From the NCBI RefSeq assembly GCF_000169175.1, contig NZ_AAWS01000006.1:263192-295532 (forward strand): 32,341 nucleotides of DNA, given 5' to 3'. Positions within the stretch are counted from its first letter, which is position 1. Each line of letters begins with the position of its first letter. Of the stretch, positions 1-8,282 are shown piece by piece. Source of the stretch: Microscilla marina ATCC 23134. GTDB lineage: Bacteria > Bacteroidota > Bacteroidia > Cytophagales > Microscillaceae. The notes below the pieces were generated by a model. The model saw nothing but the letters and a program-made list of their open reading frames with translations, did not search any database and was not told where the DNA came from. The position numbers and the translations under genes are program-made.

Positions 1-17
1 CCAAGATATAAAGGTAG

Positions 18-46
18 CCCGAACCCAACAAGGTTCGGGTTTTTTT
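18..46 (+). terminator. Rho-independent terminator-like hairpin for a gene ending upstream of the window
   Basis: Stem cccgaacc (18-25) pairs with ggttcggg (32-39) around a 6-nt loop. It is followed directly by a T7 run (40-46). Confidence 0.5.
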
Positions 47-158
47 GTGCCTTTTTTTGCCAAATCCGCAAATAACACACCGCCGTGAACACCCGCAAGG
101 GGAAAGAAATAACACTAAATTCAAGTATTTCACACAATTTAAATAACACATAACAAAA

Positions 159-611
159 ATGTTTAGCCTATTTACCACCTCCAAAAAGGGGCAGCCTAGT
201 GTGGTGAAAAAGCCCAGTAAACCTAGGTTTGCTGCCAGATTAATAATTGTAAAACGACATGCCGACTGGTGTGCCGCAAGTAAGGTGATGACTCCGGTTT
301 TCAATGATTTGAAAAATCGTTTCGACGGTAGAGAAGTGTTGTTCGTGGACTTTAATTACACCAATAATACCTCCCGTTATCAGTCTGACCTTTTGGCTAC
401 TGCCCTCGGAGTTGACCGCAGTGTTAAAAAGCATGCGGGCACTGGGTTTATCTTGTTGATAGACGCCGAGACCAAGCAGGTAATCGAGAAATTTACTCGT
501 AGACAATCGTTCGAAGAAATGGTAAACTTAGTAAAAGACAGACTTTTAGAGAGTTTGGAGCGGGAAAAAATGATTGCCCAACTACAAAAAGAAGCTGGCA
601 AAGGCAAATAA
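159..611 (+). CDS. Thioredoxin-fold protein with a monothiol CxxS motif (WCAAS instead of WCGPC)
   Basis: ATG start, 150 aa. The segment IIVKRHADWCAASKVMTPVFNDL lines up with the thioredoxin active-site block (ADWCGPCK-MIAPIL pattern). The second Cys is replaced by Ser. A terminator follows. Confidence 0.55.
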   Translation: MFSLFTTSKKGQPSVVKKPSKPRFAARLIIVKRHADWCAASKVMTPVFNDLKNRFDGREVLFVDFNYTNNTSRYQSDLLATALGVDRSVKKHAGTGFILLIDAETKQVIEKFTRRQSFEEMVNLVKDRLLESLEREKMIAQLQKEAGKGK

Positions 612-642
612 CCTTTTGTGGTTTCGTTGGGCAACAGGTGTA

Positions 643-668
643 CACAACCCTGCATGGGGTTGTGGTTT
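643..668 (+). terminator. Rho-independent terminator of the 159-611 gene
   Basis: cacaaccc (643-650), loop tgcat, gggttgtg (656-663), followed by gtttt. Confidence 0.5.
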
Positions 669-1072
669 TCCCCAACAAACACCCCTTTAAAATTTAAACA
701 AATTTATTAGATGAAAACGTGTAGCGTCGAAACCCATTCGGCGAAAAAAGGACTTGATTGTCCAGGCTATGAATGGGTTTATTTATATCGTATAAATACG
801 ATATTTTAGATTTGTTTATTCACCTATCACAGGTGGAGCAAAAACCGCATAGGTACTTCATTAAAACCTGAGCAATAGGGTAATGCTCTGTTGCTCATAA
901 ACCTAAAATAACAATGACAAAATCAAAAATGATATTACGGAATGTTACTGTATTCAGTAGTAACAATTTTATACTCCTGAAGGAGTTTGGTTCTTTTCTT
1001 TATTCTAATACTTCATGAAGCTTTGAGCGACTTGACTATAGTTTGCCTGACAAATATAAATAGGGTAAGTTA

Positions 1073-2387
1073 TTGAAAAACAGTTGTTTAATACCTAAAA
1101 AAAACACTTGGTCGCTTGAAGCTTTGTCATTGAAAACTCTTATAGTGATGAGTTCTCGACTAAAAAAAGCGGACTTGACAAAGCCTCGCAAAACATTGGA
1201 GGCTTTGTTCCGCAAAAAGCTTAAACCAGAAAATTTAGAAGAAAATTCGCCTTATAAAGCCGTAGGGCAATTGATCCGTGGTGACTGGCAACGCACACGC
1301 CACGAGAAAAAAGCATTTTATCATTTTTTAGATAACATAGCCCGACGTAAGGGGTATGAGATTTACCGTGAAGCTGAGGCTTTGCTCGCCGTATTTGGTC
1401 AGGCAAGCCAATGGTTGCGTTTGCCCAAAGGCTGGATGCCTACCCAAACTGAAGATACCCAAACGGTATTTTCTGATTTGGTACATTACCTATTTGCACA
1501 GTATGAGGTACCCCAGTTTATGGACAATGCCTGGCACAAAGGCAATGTGGTACATATCGACTGGTTTATACATTTGGGCAAAGGGCAAAATATCAGGACT
1601 GCCCCTAATATGTATGCACATTTGACTAAAAAAATGGCGCATCATTTTTTGCAGGCACCCGCAGATTATACCATCGAAGAAGCCTTGACATACGGACAAG
1701 TAACTGCCTTAGGGGGCGATGATTTGTTGATTAAACAATTGCTGAACAGCCCATTGTTGGGTATATGCCAAGACCAAGGTTTTTGGTTGTCGCTATTACA
1801 ATTCTTCCTGAACAACAAAGAGCTGGCTCAAGATAACCACATAAAAAATATAGTGGAGTTTATCAACATCAAACGAATGACTGATGTGGTAGTAGATGAT
1901 TATGGACAACTTACAGGCAAAGTAGGCAGACCTTATTTGCTTAAGCAAAAAACGGCTGTTTCGATGATGCGAGAGGTAAGGGTTTGGCAACAAAAAATGG
2001 CGAATAGTTATAGCTATGACCAGCTCACTACTTGGGCACCTGTCAAGGTGAATAATTTCTTGAAAAAAGGCAATGGTATCACTTATCGCATTATGCAACT
2101 GACCAACAATTTTGCGCTCTTGCGTGAAGGCGAAAAAAATGAGACATTGTGTGGGCAGTTATATGCATCGATGCCAAATAGGTGATGTATCTATTTGGGC
2201 ATTGACCGCTACTTCGGGTTCTTCAGTAAAACCACTATTAACGATAGAACTCAAGCAGAACAATACCATTGCACAAGTAAGGGGAAAGGTAAACAGAATG
2301 CCTGACCTGGAAGAAGCTAAGTTGATAAAACAATGGGCTACCCGTGAACAACTTAAGGTAGCACAGCATTGTGAGATTAGTGATTAA
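1073..2387 (+). pseudogene. Frameshifted member of a paralogous hypothetical-protein family (paralog of 2640-4022). It is split into ORFs 1073-2185 and 2112-2387 by one extra base in an A7 run near 2129-2135.
   Basis: The two ORFs together align collinearly with the intact 460-aa paralog. Matching blocks include LVHYLFAQYEVPQFMDNAW vs LLQHLFVKYAMPEFMYPVW, WFIHLGKGQNI vs WFVHLGKGGSI, FLQAPADYTIEEALTYGQVTALGG vs FTQAPRHYSVEKALLYGQVGALGG, and the C-terminal MRHCVGSYMHRCQIGDVSIW vs MMHCVGTYTHKCMGGYSTIW. The 2112 frame is +1 relative to the 1073 frame. Deleting one A from gaaaaaaatg restores a single ~455-aa ORF. The track start at 1073 is TTG; the first in-frame ATG is at 1148. Confidence 0.6.
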
Positions 2388-2639
2388 TTAATTGTTTAAA
2401 TAACTGATAATGAGGATTATATTTAAATATTTAGCGATATGCGAAACCATATTTTAGATGGCTTAGAAGATAGCGATCCTCTTGCTGAGAAAGCTATTTT
2501 CTTTCCTCTCCCTTCCTGAAAAAGCCAAAGAAGTAAGCTTGTTTGGGTAGGGTAAGACGACCAATGCTATTGTAGCATACCTTCATAACAAAACAATTAC
2601 TTCTTGTATTGGGGTGGGTAAAATATACCTGCCCACAAT

Positions 2640-4022
2640 TTGGCAATCATGAATAGACGACACTGTTCAAAATCTCACCGCAAAAACCGTAAATCACTCA
2701 AGATAGAGAAGAAAAAGCGGTTTCATAAAAAGCAAAACAAAAAATATCTCAAAAAATTAGTGTGGTCGGCTTATGCCAACACCATCAATGGTTTGCACCA
2801 ACTTTATCATCAAGAAGTCAAGGCAGAAAATGCGTCTTTGTTGTTGCAAGGTATAGGAGATGTTTTACAGAATAACCAGCAGTTGGAGGGAGGAAAACGC
2901 ATCAAGTTTTTAAACTTCTTAAAACAAGTTTTACGACCTGAAACCCTCCCGCTTTTGTATGCTCCTACTGCCTTATACAACACCTTTCGCTTTCGCAAAT
3001 ACTGGCTCAATACTCTAGAGAGTTGGCAACCTGTCAAGCACTGGAACCCTACCCATAAAAGCGGGGGTTTTGAGGTGTATGAGGCAATGCTGAAAGATTT
3101 ATTACAACATTTGTTTGTGAAGTATGCGATGCCTGAGTTTATGTATCCAGTCTGGCAAGCCCAACATTCTACCCATTTATGGTGGTTTGTTCACTTGGGC
3201 AAAGGGGGCAGTATTAAAGATGTGCGTTCATTGCCTTTTAAGCTGAATAGTAAAATGGCGCATTATTTTACCCAAGCCCCCAGACACTACTCAGTAGAAA
3301 AAGCTTTGCTGTATGGGCAAGTAGGTGCACTAGGTGGCACTGAGGCTTTTTTTGAACAATGGTATGCTGCCCACTGGAAACGGATTTATAAAGACCCCCT
3401 GTTTTTTAGGCAAGTTATACAGTTTTTTGCCCGCTATCCTGAGCTCACCAATAACCGAGAAGTAGCACAGGTCATTAGTTTTATCAATGCTCACAAATAC
3501 GATGGACAAAAAATATACACCAGAGCTAAGGGCATTGTACATGAGCCACCTGTTGCCCCAAGTTTTAGCCTCAAGGGGAGGACTGACCAATCAATCATGC
3601 GATTGGTAGACGAGTGGTTGAGTTCGCCTAGAGTATTGAGTAGTGTGTTTGATGATTCGTTACTTACCTGGACTCCAGACCCTACCAGCGACTTTGAATA
3701 TTGGGATGCTGAAAAACAGGTATTGTACAAAATCTCGCAATTGATTAACAACTATGAGCTATGGCTAGAGGGCAAAGTTATGATGCATTGTGTAGGTACC
3801 TATACCCACAAATGCATGGGGGGCTATAGTACCATTTGGACAATGACCAAGGTAAATGCTCAGGGCAAAGAGGAGAAGTGTGTGACTATTGAGATGGGCA
3901 AAAAATGGAGAGTTTGCGAAATAAAGGGCAAGCGAAACCGTGAACCTAAGCCACAAGAGGTGGAAGTGGTAAAGCAATGGGTAAATAAAGAAAATCTGGC
4001 TTTGTCGATTGATTATTTATAG
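2640..4022 (+). CDS. Hypothetical protein, intact paralog of 1073-2387. It has a highly basic N-terminal tail and a C-terminal Cys/His cluster (HCVGxYxHxC...C...C). It may be PcfJ-like, unverified.
   Basis: 460-aa ORF. The TTG at 2640 is less likely than the ATG at 2649 (MNRRHCSKSHRKNRK...). Collinear similarity to the upstream frameshifted paralog. The N-terminal 40 aa are about 45% Lys/Arg/His. Confidence 0.7.
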   Translation: MAIMNRRHCSKSHRKNRKSLKIEKKKRFHKKQNKKYLKKLVWSAYANTINGLHQLYHQEVKAENASLLLQGIGDVLQNNQQLEGGKRIKFLNFLKQVLRPETLPLLYAPTALYNTFRFRKYWLNTLESWQPVKHWNPTHKSGGFEVYEAMLKDLLQHLFVKYAMPEFMYPVWQAQHSTHLWWFVHLGKGGSIKDVRSLPFKLNSKMAHYFTQAPRHYSVEKALLYGQVGALGGTEAFFEQWYAAHWKRIYKDPLFFRQVIQFFARYPELTNNREVAQVISFINAHKYDGQKIYTRAKGIVHEPPVAPSFSLKGRTDQSIMRLVDEWLSSPRVLSSVFDDSLLTWTPDPTSDFEYWDAEKQVLYKISQLINNYELWLEGKVMMHCVGTYTHKCMGGYSTIWTMTKVNAQGKEEKCVTIEMGKKWRVCEIKGKRNREPKPQEVEVVKQWVNKENLALSIDYL

Positions 4023-4442
4023 TAGTTAGTCATCACAGAGTTTAGTCATTTAACCATCCCCCCCTGTTTAACTCCGTTGAGAGATTACTGTATGTCGTCT
4101 TATTTGGGCAGTGGTGTATCAGGACACTGTTCTATTTGGTGTTTGTTAATAAGTACAATTACTCTAGGAGTAAATGATAGTACAAGCAAGAGGGATATAT
4201 AGCTATATGCTTGACCATAAAGAGACGGGTATGCTGAATGCTTGAGCAGATGCTCAAGGTTTGATTTATGATGTGTGTTGATACATTGTAAACCTAAAAA
4301 TCGTGTGTGAAATGTAAGCTTAAGAAAAGTAAGCTAATTTGGAACAGGTACGTGAGGTTTCGCGCTATCTATTTTTTTTGTGTAGAAAACTGAAGTAACT
4401 TTAATCATCAAATTTTTGAACTTATTATGAAATCTTAACATT

Positions 4443-5276
4443 ATGAATCCTACTGTATTAATTACAGGTGCGTCGAGTGGTATTGGAGCTGCTTTGGCGT
4501 ATGTTTTTGCTGCTAAAGGCTACAATACGGTGTTGGTGGCACGTCGCGAAGACAAGCTCAAGGCCATTGCCGAAGATATAGAACATCGGTTTGAAACCAA
4601 AGCATGGGTGAAACCACAAGACTTAAGTGTAGCAAATGCCGCCCAAACACTTTATGAGCAACTCATCGAGAAAGACATTCATATCAATGTATTGATAAAT
4701 AATGCAGGTTTGGGCAATATAGGTAAACTTGCTGAACAAACTACTGCCAATAGTTTTCAGATGTTACAAGTAAATGTGACGGCTTTGACTGAACTTACTC
4801 AAGTGTTTGTCAAAGATATGTTGGTACAAAAAGAACGAGACCTAGCCAATGGAGTAGCAGCGCATTACAAAATAATGAACATAGCTTCTTTGGCAGCGTT
4901 TCAGCCTGGCCCTAATATGGCGGTTTATTTTGCTTCTAAGGCTTATGTTTTATCATTTTCAGAAGCTATAGCCGAAGAGTTGAAAGAAGCTAACATAGGT
5001 GTTACTACTGTATGTCCTGGTATTACCCGCACCGATTTTTTGGAAAAAGCTCATTTGGCTAAAGAAAACCTTTATACCGAATGGGTAAGCCAAAGTGCCC
5101 AAGAAGTAGCTGAGGAAGCTTATAAAGCTTTATTTGATGGCAAAAGAGTGCATATTACCGGAGGAGTAGTTAATAGTATTTCAGCGAAAGCGGCAAGTAT
5201 AGTACCCAACCGTTACCTCAACCCTATTACGGGTTGGTTGATAGAAAACATAGGAGGAGGCAAAGATGTGTGGTGA
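4443..5276 (+). CDS. Short-chain dehydrogenase/reductase (SDR) family oxidoreductase
   Basis: N-terminal Rossmann motif LITGASSGIGAALA (TGxxxGIG). NNAG motif present. Catalytic YxxxK as YFASKAY. 277 aa is typical of classical SDRs. Confidence 0.9.
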   Translation: MNPTVLITGASSGIGAALAYVFAAKGYNTVLVARREDKLKAIAEDIEHRFETKAWVKPQDLSVANAAQTLYEQLIEKDIHINVLINNAGLGNIGKLAEQTTANSFQMLQVNVTALTELTQVFVKDMLVQKERDLANGVAAHYKIMNIASLAAFQPGPNMAVYFASKAYVLSFSEAIAEELKEANIGVTTVCPGITRTDFLEKAHLAKENLYTEWVSQSAQEVAEEAYKALFDGKRVHITGGVVNSISAKAASIVPNRYLNPITGWLIENIGGGKDVW

Positions 5277-5336
5277 TATATAAATAACACAATGGAGAAG
5301 TACTTGTGGCGTCTCTCCATTGTGTTTTATATTGGG

Positions 5337-5876
5337 TTATAAGAAAACCCTTAATCCTAATCCTAAGTTGATTACCCTAGAAACATTTTCTGACGAACTT
5401 ACAGAGTTGGTGTCTCTGGTATACTGGTAGTATAGTCCTGGTTCAAGCGCTACATTAGGTGCCAAGAAAAACGAGTAACCTACGCCTACTTGCCAGTTAA
5501 AATTACTTACCTCAGTATTGCTATCCTTCACATTGGTTTGTCCCCAGCCTACTCTTCCAGCAAGAAACAAATCCTTTACCACATAACCCCGTACCCCAGG
5601 CTGAAGGCTTACTGTGTTGGCTACATTGCTGAAGTTAAAGTCGGTATTAAGTGTAAGGGCAAAACCTGGGGTGATAAAATAACCTACCTGTGGTGATATG
5701 TTAAACACATTTTGTGTGCTTGAAGTAGTTACCCCATTGATAGTGTTTTCGAATGTTGCGTTTACGAAAGCAATATTGCCGCCCAACATCCACCTGCCTT
5801 TAGCATAATGGTTATTTTGTGCCTGTAGGTTGAGGGCAACAAATATGAGGACGACTAGTAAAGTTAACTTTTTCAT
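5337..5876 (-). CDS. Small outer-membrane beta-barrel protein (OmpA-like beta-barrel / porin family)
   Basis: Signal peptide MKKLTLLVVLIFVALNLQAQ. Alternating hydrophobic/aromatic beta-strand pattern. Gly/Asn/Tyr-rich. C-terminal aromatic-ended RVFL. 179 aa. Confidence 0.6.
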   Translation of the reverse strand: MKKLTLLVVLIFVALNLQAQNNHYAKGRWMLGGNIAFVNATFENTINGVTTSSTQNVFNISPQVGYFITPGFALTLNTDFNFSNVANTVSLQPGVRGYVVKDLFLAGRVGWGQTNVKDSNTEVSNFNWQVGVGYSFFLAPNVALEPGLYYQYTRDTNSVSSSENVSRVINLGLGLRVFL

Positions 5877-6039
5877 AAATAGTGTTGTGTTTAAGCTTTG
5901 AACAAGTTCATTGATAAAGCAACAAACTTACTTGTTTTTTGGGGTTTTCTCAAATACTATTTCTCAAACCATTTTTCACAAAAAATACACAGGTAGGTTT
6001 TAAAAACTTGTCAGACCTGGTTAGCATTTAGAAACCTCG

Positions 6040-6165
6040 ACAGGGGTAAGTCGCTAGATGCCGATGCATATCGGTGCTTTAAGCAACAAGCTGCAAGTCC
6101 TTAGATACCGATGATGGTGCCCCGCAAGCGGGATGTCGGTATAGCCTGCACCAGGAAAACCCTGT
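6040..6165. other. GC-rich (~55%) island with repeated AGATRCCGATG motifs and nested hairpins. Candidate small structured RNA or regulator-binding array.
   Basis: tagatgccgatg (6054-6065) and tagataccgatg (6103-6114) are direct repeats. gatgtcggtat (~6132-6142) is an inverted copy. Local hairpins are ccgat-gcat-atcgg and uaccgau...gucggua, the latter enclosing cccg-caag-cggg. This is a sharp compositional contrast with the AT-rich flanks. Confidence 0.3.
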
Positions 6166-6336
6166 TTAATTCCTCTTTGGCGTATTTACTATCTTGTGTT
6201 TGTAAGTTGTAGGCAGTAAGCGTGATTAATGTTAACAAGAATAATTTTTTCAGGGTGAATAAATATTTACTTTAATGAACCACTAAATGAGCAGGAATGT
6301 AGTATTTCTGAATGGCTCAACAAATGTTTTTTTCTT

Positions 6337-6795
6337 ATGTCAAATAATATTGTAATACAATCTTCTAATGGTACTAAAATAGGCGAACTTGTACTTAAAA
6401 ACTATTACCAGCCCACGTGGTCACCGTCTAAGGCTGACTTTTTTTTGGTCTATTACAACCTTGATCTTCATGGCGAAAAAAAGACTAACAACCGATACTT
6501 CACCAATAAGTATGTGATCAACGAAAAGTACCTGGCACTTCAAGAGTTTGTTGTCAAGGCAAGTGAAAAAGATTTGGATAATCAAAATACGCAATTGGTT
6601 GTGATAGATTTAGAACATAAACAGCAAAGTATAATATCCAGGATAGAACATGGGTATGTTACGCCAGTAGAGTTTACCACTAACGCTATTTTATATACAA
6701 AAAGCAAGGTAGGACAAGGTAGCCTACACAGCCATTTTGAAGCAACCCTAGCAGACATAAAAAACTGGGAGCCTATTGGCCTGACTAATAAATGA
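6337..6795 (+). CDS. Hypothetical protein (152 aa, no recognisable domain)
   Basis: ATG-initiated ORF with coding-like composition. It overlaps the 3' end of the convergent LRR gene by 11 bp. Confidence 0.45.
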   Translation: MSNNIVIQSSNGTKIGELVLKNYYQPTWSPSKADFFLVYYNLDLHGEKKTNNRYFTNKYVINEKYLALQEFVVKASEKDLDNQNTQLVVIDLEHKQQSIISRIEHGYVTPVEFTTNAILYTKSKVGQGSLHSHFEATLADIKNWEPIGLTNK

Positions 6796-8251
6796 TAGTA
6801 TGAGGCAAGGCTAATTTTAAACGTTCTATTTCTTGAGCTTTTATAGGATTTCCTGCAAGCAGTAAAGTGTGCAAGCGTGGAAAATCTCCTTGCGTTACAG
6901 GAAGAGATTTGAGTTGGTTGTTTTCCAGTATCAGTGTTTCTAAATAATGAAGCTGACCAATGTTGGCGGGCAATGAGCTTAGTTGATTGTATCCCAAATG
7001 CAAAAAACGAAGCTTTTTTAGATTGTTGATAGTTTCCGGAATTTTGAGTAACCTATTTCCTTCAAAATTAGCTTCCTGCAACTGCTCCAGTGCCCCTATG
7101 CTATCAGGCAGGTCTACCAACTGGTTATAACTCAAATCTATACTCTTTAATTTTTTAAGGTAAATCAGGCTTTTGGGTAAAACGCTGATGTGGTCGTGCT
7201 TAATAGCGAGTTGTTGTAGTTGAATAAAATCTCCTATCCATTCAGGCAATGCTTGCCACTGTGTGTGTTGTATAACGAGCGTTTCTAACCAAGGTACTTT
7301 AGAGATTTGCAGAGCCATTTGGTGAATGTTCCCCCCTCCCGTTTTCAATGCTTTCAGGTTTTTTAGTTGACTAAAACCTTCTGGTAAATATTGAATTGGA
7401 TTATTGATCAGGTCAAGCTCTTGTAAGTGAGTCAACCGAGATAGGGACGCTGGCAGAGAAGTAAGTTGATTATCAGCTAAATATAATGCATTAAGCTGTA
7501 GCATATCTCCCAAGTGGGCAGGCAAACTTTGGAGTAGGTTATGGTTCAAGTGTAACTCTTCAATTTGCCCAAGTTTTGTGATGGCAACGGGTAAACTTTT
7601 TAGGCGATTGTAAGACAAATACAAGGCTTTGAGTTGAGTAAGCTTTCCTATACTTTCGGGGAGTTTGAAGAGTACATTACGGCTTGCCACAAGTTTTTGC
7701 AAAGAGGTAAGTGAACCTAACTGACTAGGCAAAGTGCTTAAATTTAGGTCTGATATAGTGAGCAGGGTTACCTGCAAACGCTGTAATACCTGCCATTGCC
7801 TAATCAACAGTTGTAGTTCCCGTTTATGTACAAGGGTCAGGCTAGCTAATGTAAGGTTTTGTGCCACAGCAAGCCAATCTAATTTATGCTCCAGGCAAAA
7901 CAACAAGGCTGTTTTTACCTTACAGTAAGGGTTATGAGTCAGTAGCATTTTCAATAGTTCCACTCCGTCAACCTCTGGGTATTTTATAAGCCTTTTGAAT
8001 ATGCGAAAAACTTGTTTGGGATCTAAAGTACTGTACAACGATTCTTGACTAAATTTTTGATTTGCCAGCTTGTCAAAAAATAGCCTGGCTTTGTTTTGAA
8101 TGGTAGCATCCTCGTGAAAATAACTCAAAAACAATAAAGTAGAGGTGAGCTCAGGTGCAGGCGAATAGGCAGGTAATAGCTCAAAACCTAGCAGAATATT
8201 AGCACTTTCGCTACTTTGTAACAACTTCTTTAAGTTACCTATGGCAGTCAT
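6785..8251 (-). CDS. Leucine-rich repeat (LRR) protein, cytoplasmic, with a unique ~170-aa N-terminal domain
   Basis: About 13 consecutive 23-aa LRRs of the LxxLxxLxLxxNxLxxLPxxIgx type (e.g. LTQLKALYLSYNRLKSLPVAITKL). No signal peptide. Confidence 0.85.
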   Translation of the reverse strand: MTAIGNLKKLLQSSESANILLGFELLPAYSPAPELTSTLLFLSYFHEDATIQNKARLFFDKLANQKFSQESLYSTLDPKQVFRIFKRLIKYPEVDGVELLKMLLTHNPYCKVKTALLFCLEHKLDWLAVAQNLTLASLTLVHKRELQLLIRQWQVLQRLQVTLLTISDLNLSTLPSQLGSLTSLQKLVASRNVLFKLPESIGKLTQLKALYLSYNRLKSLPVAITKLGQIEELHLNHNLLQSLPAHLGDMLQLNALYLADNQLTSLPASLSRLTHLQELDLINNPIQYLPEGFSQLKNLKALKTGGGNIHQMALQISKVPWLETLVIQHTQWQALPEWIGDFIQLQQLAIKHDHISVLPKSLIYLKKLKSIDLSYNQLVDLPDSIGALEQLQEANFEGNRLLKIPETINNLKKLRFLHLGYNQLSSLPANIGQLHYLETLILENNQLKSLPVTQGDFPRLHTLLLAGNPIKAQEIERLKLALPHTIIY

Positions 8252-8282
8252 TTATTTCCCTTTTTCTGTTTGTTAAAAGGTA

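Noticed and set aside
240-682. Minus-strand ORFs 240-506, 380-682 and 493-678 overlapping the thioredoxin-like gene
   Set aside because: They lie entirely antisense to a gene with a recognisable fold and have no motifs. These are typical shadow ORFs.
1221-2098. Internal and antisense ORFs (1221-1406, 1356-1625, 1490-1699, 1796-2098) within the first paralog
   Set aside because: They overlap a gene whose frame is validated by similarity to the second paralog. Low-complexity translations.
6040-6165. tRNA or other canonical RNA gene in the GC-rich island
   Set aside because: No GTTCRANYC T-loop motif, no acceptor-stem/anticodon architecture on either strand, and the length and shape are wrong for a tRNA. 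Kept only as an unclassified structured element.
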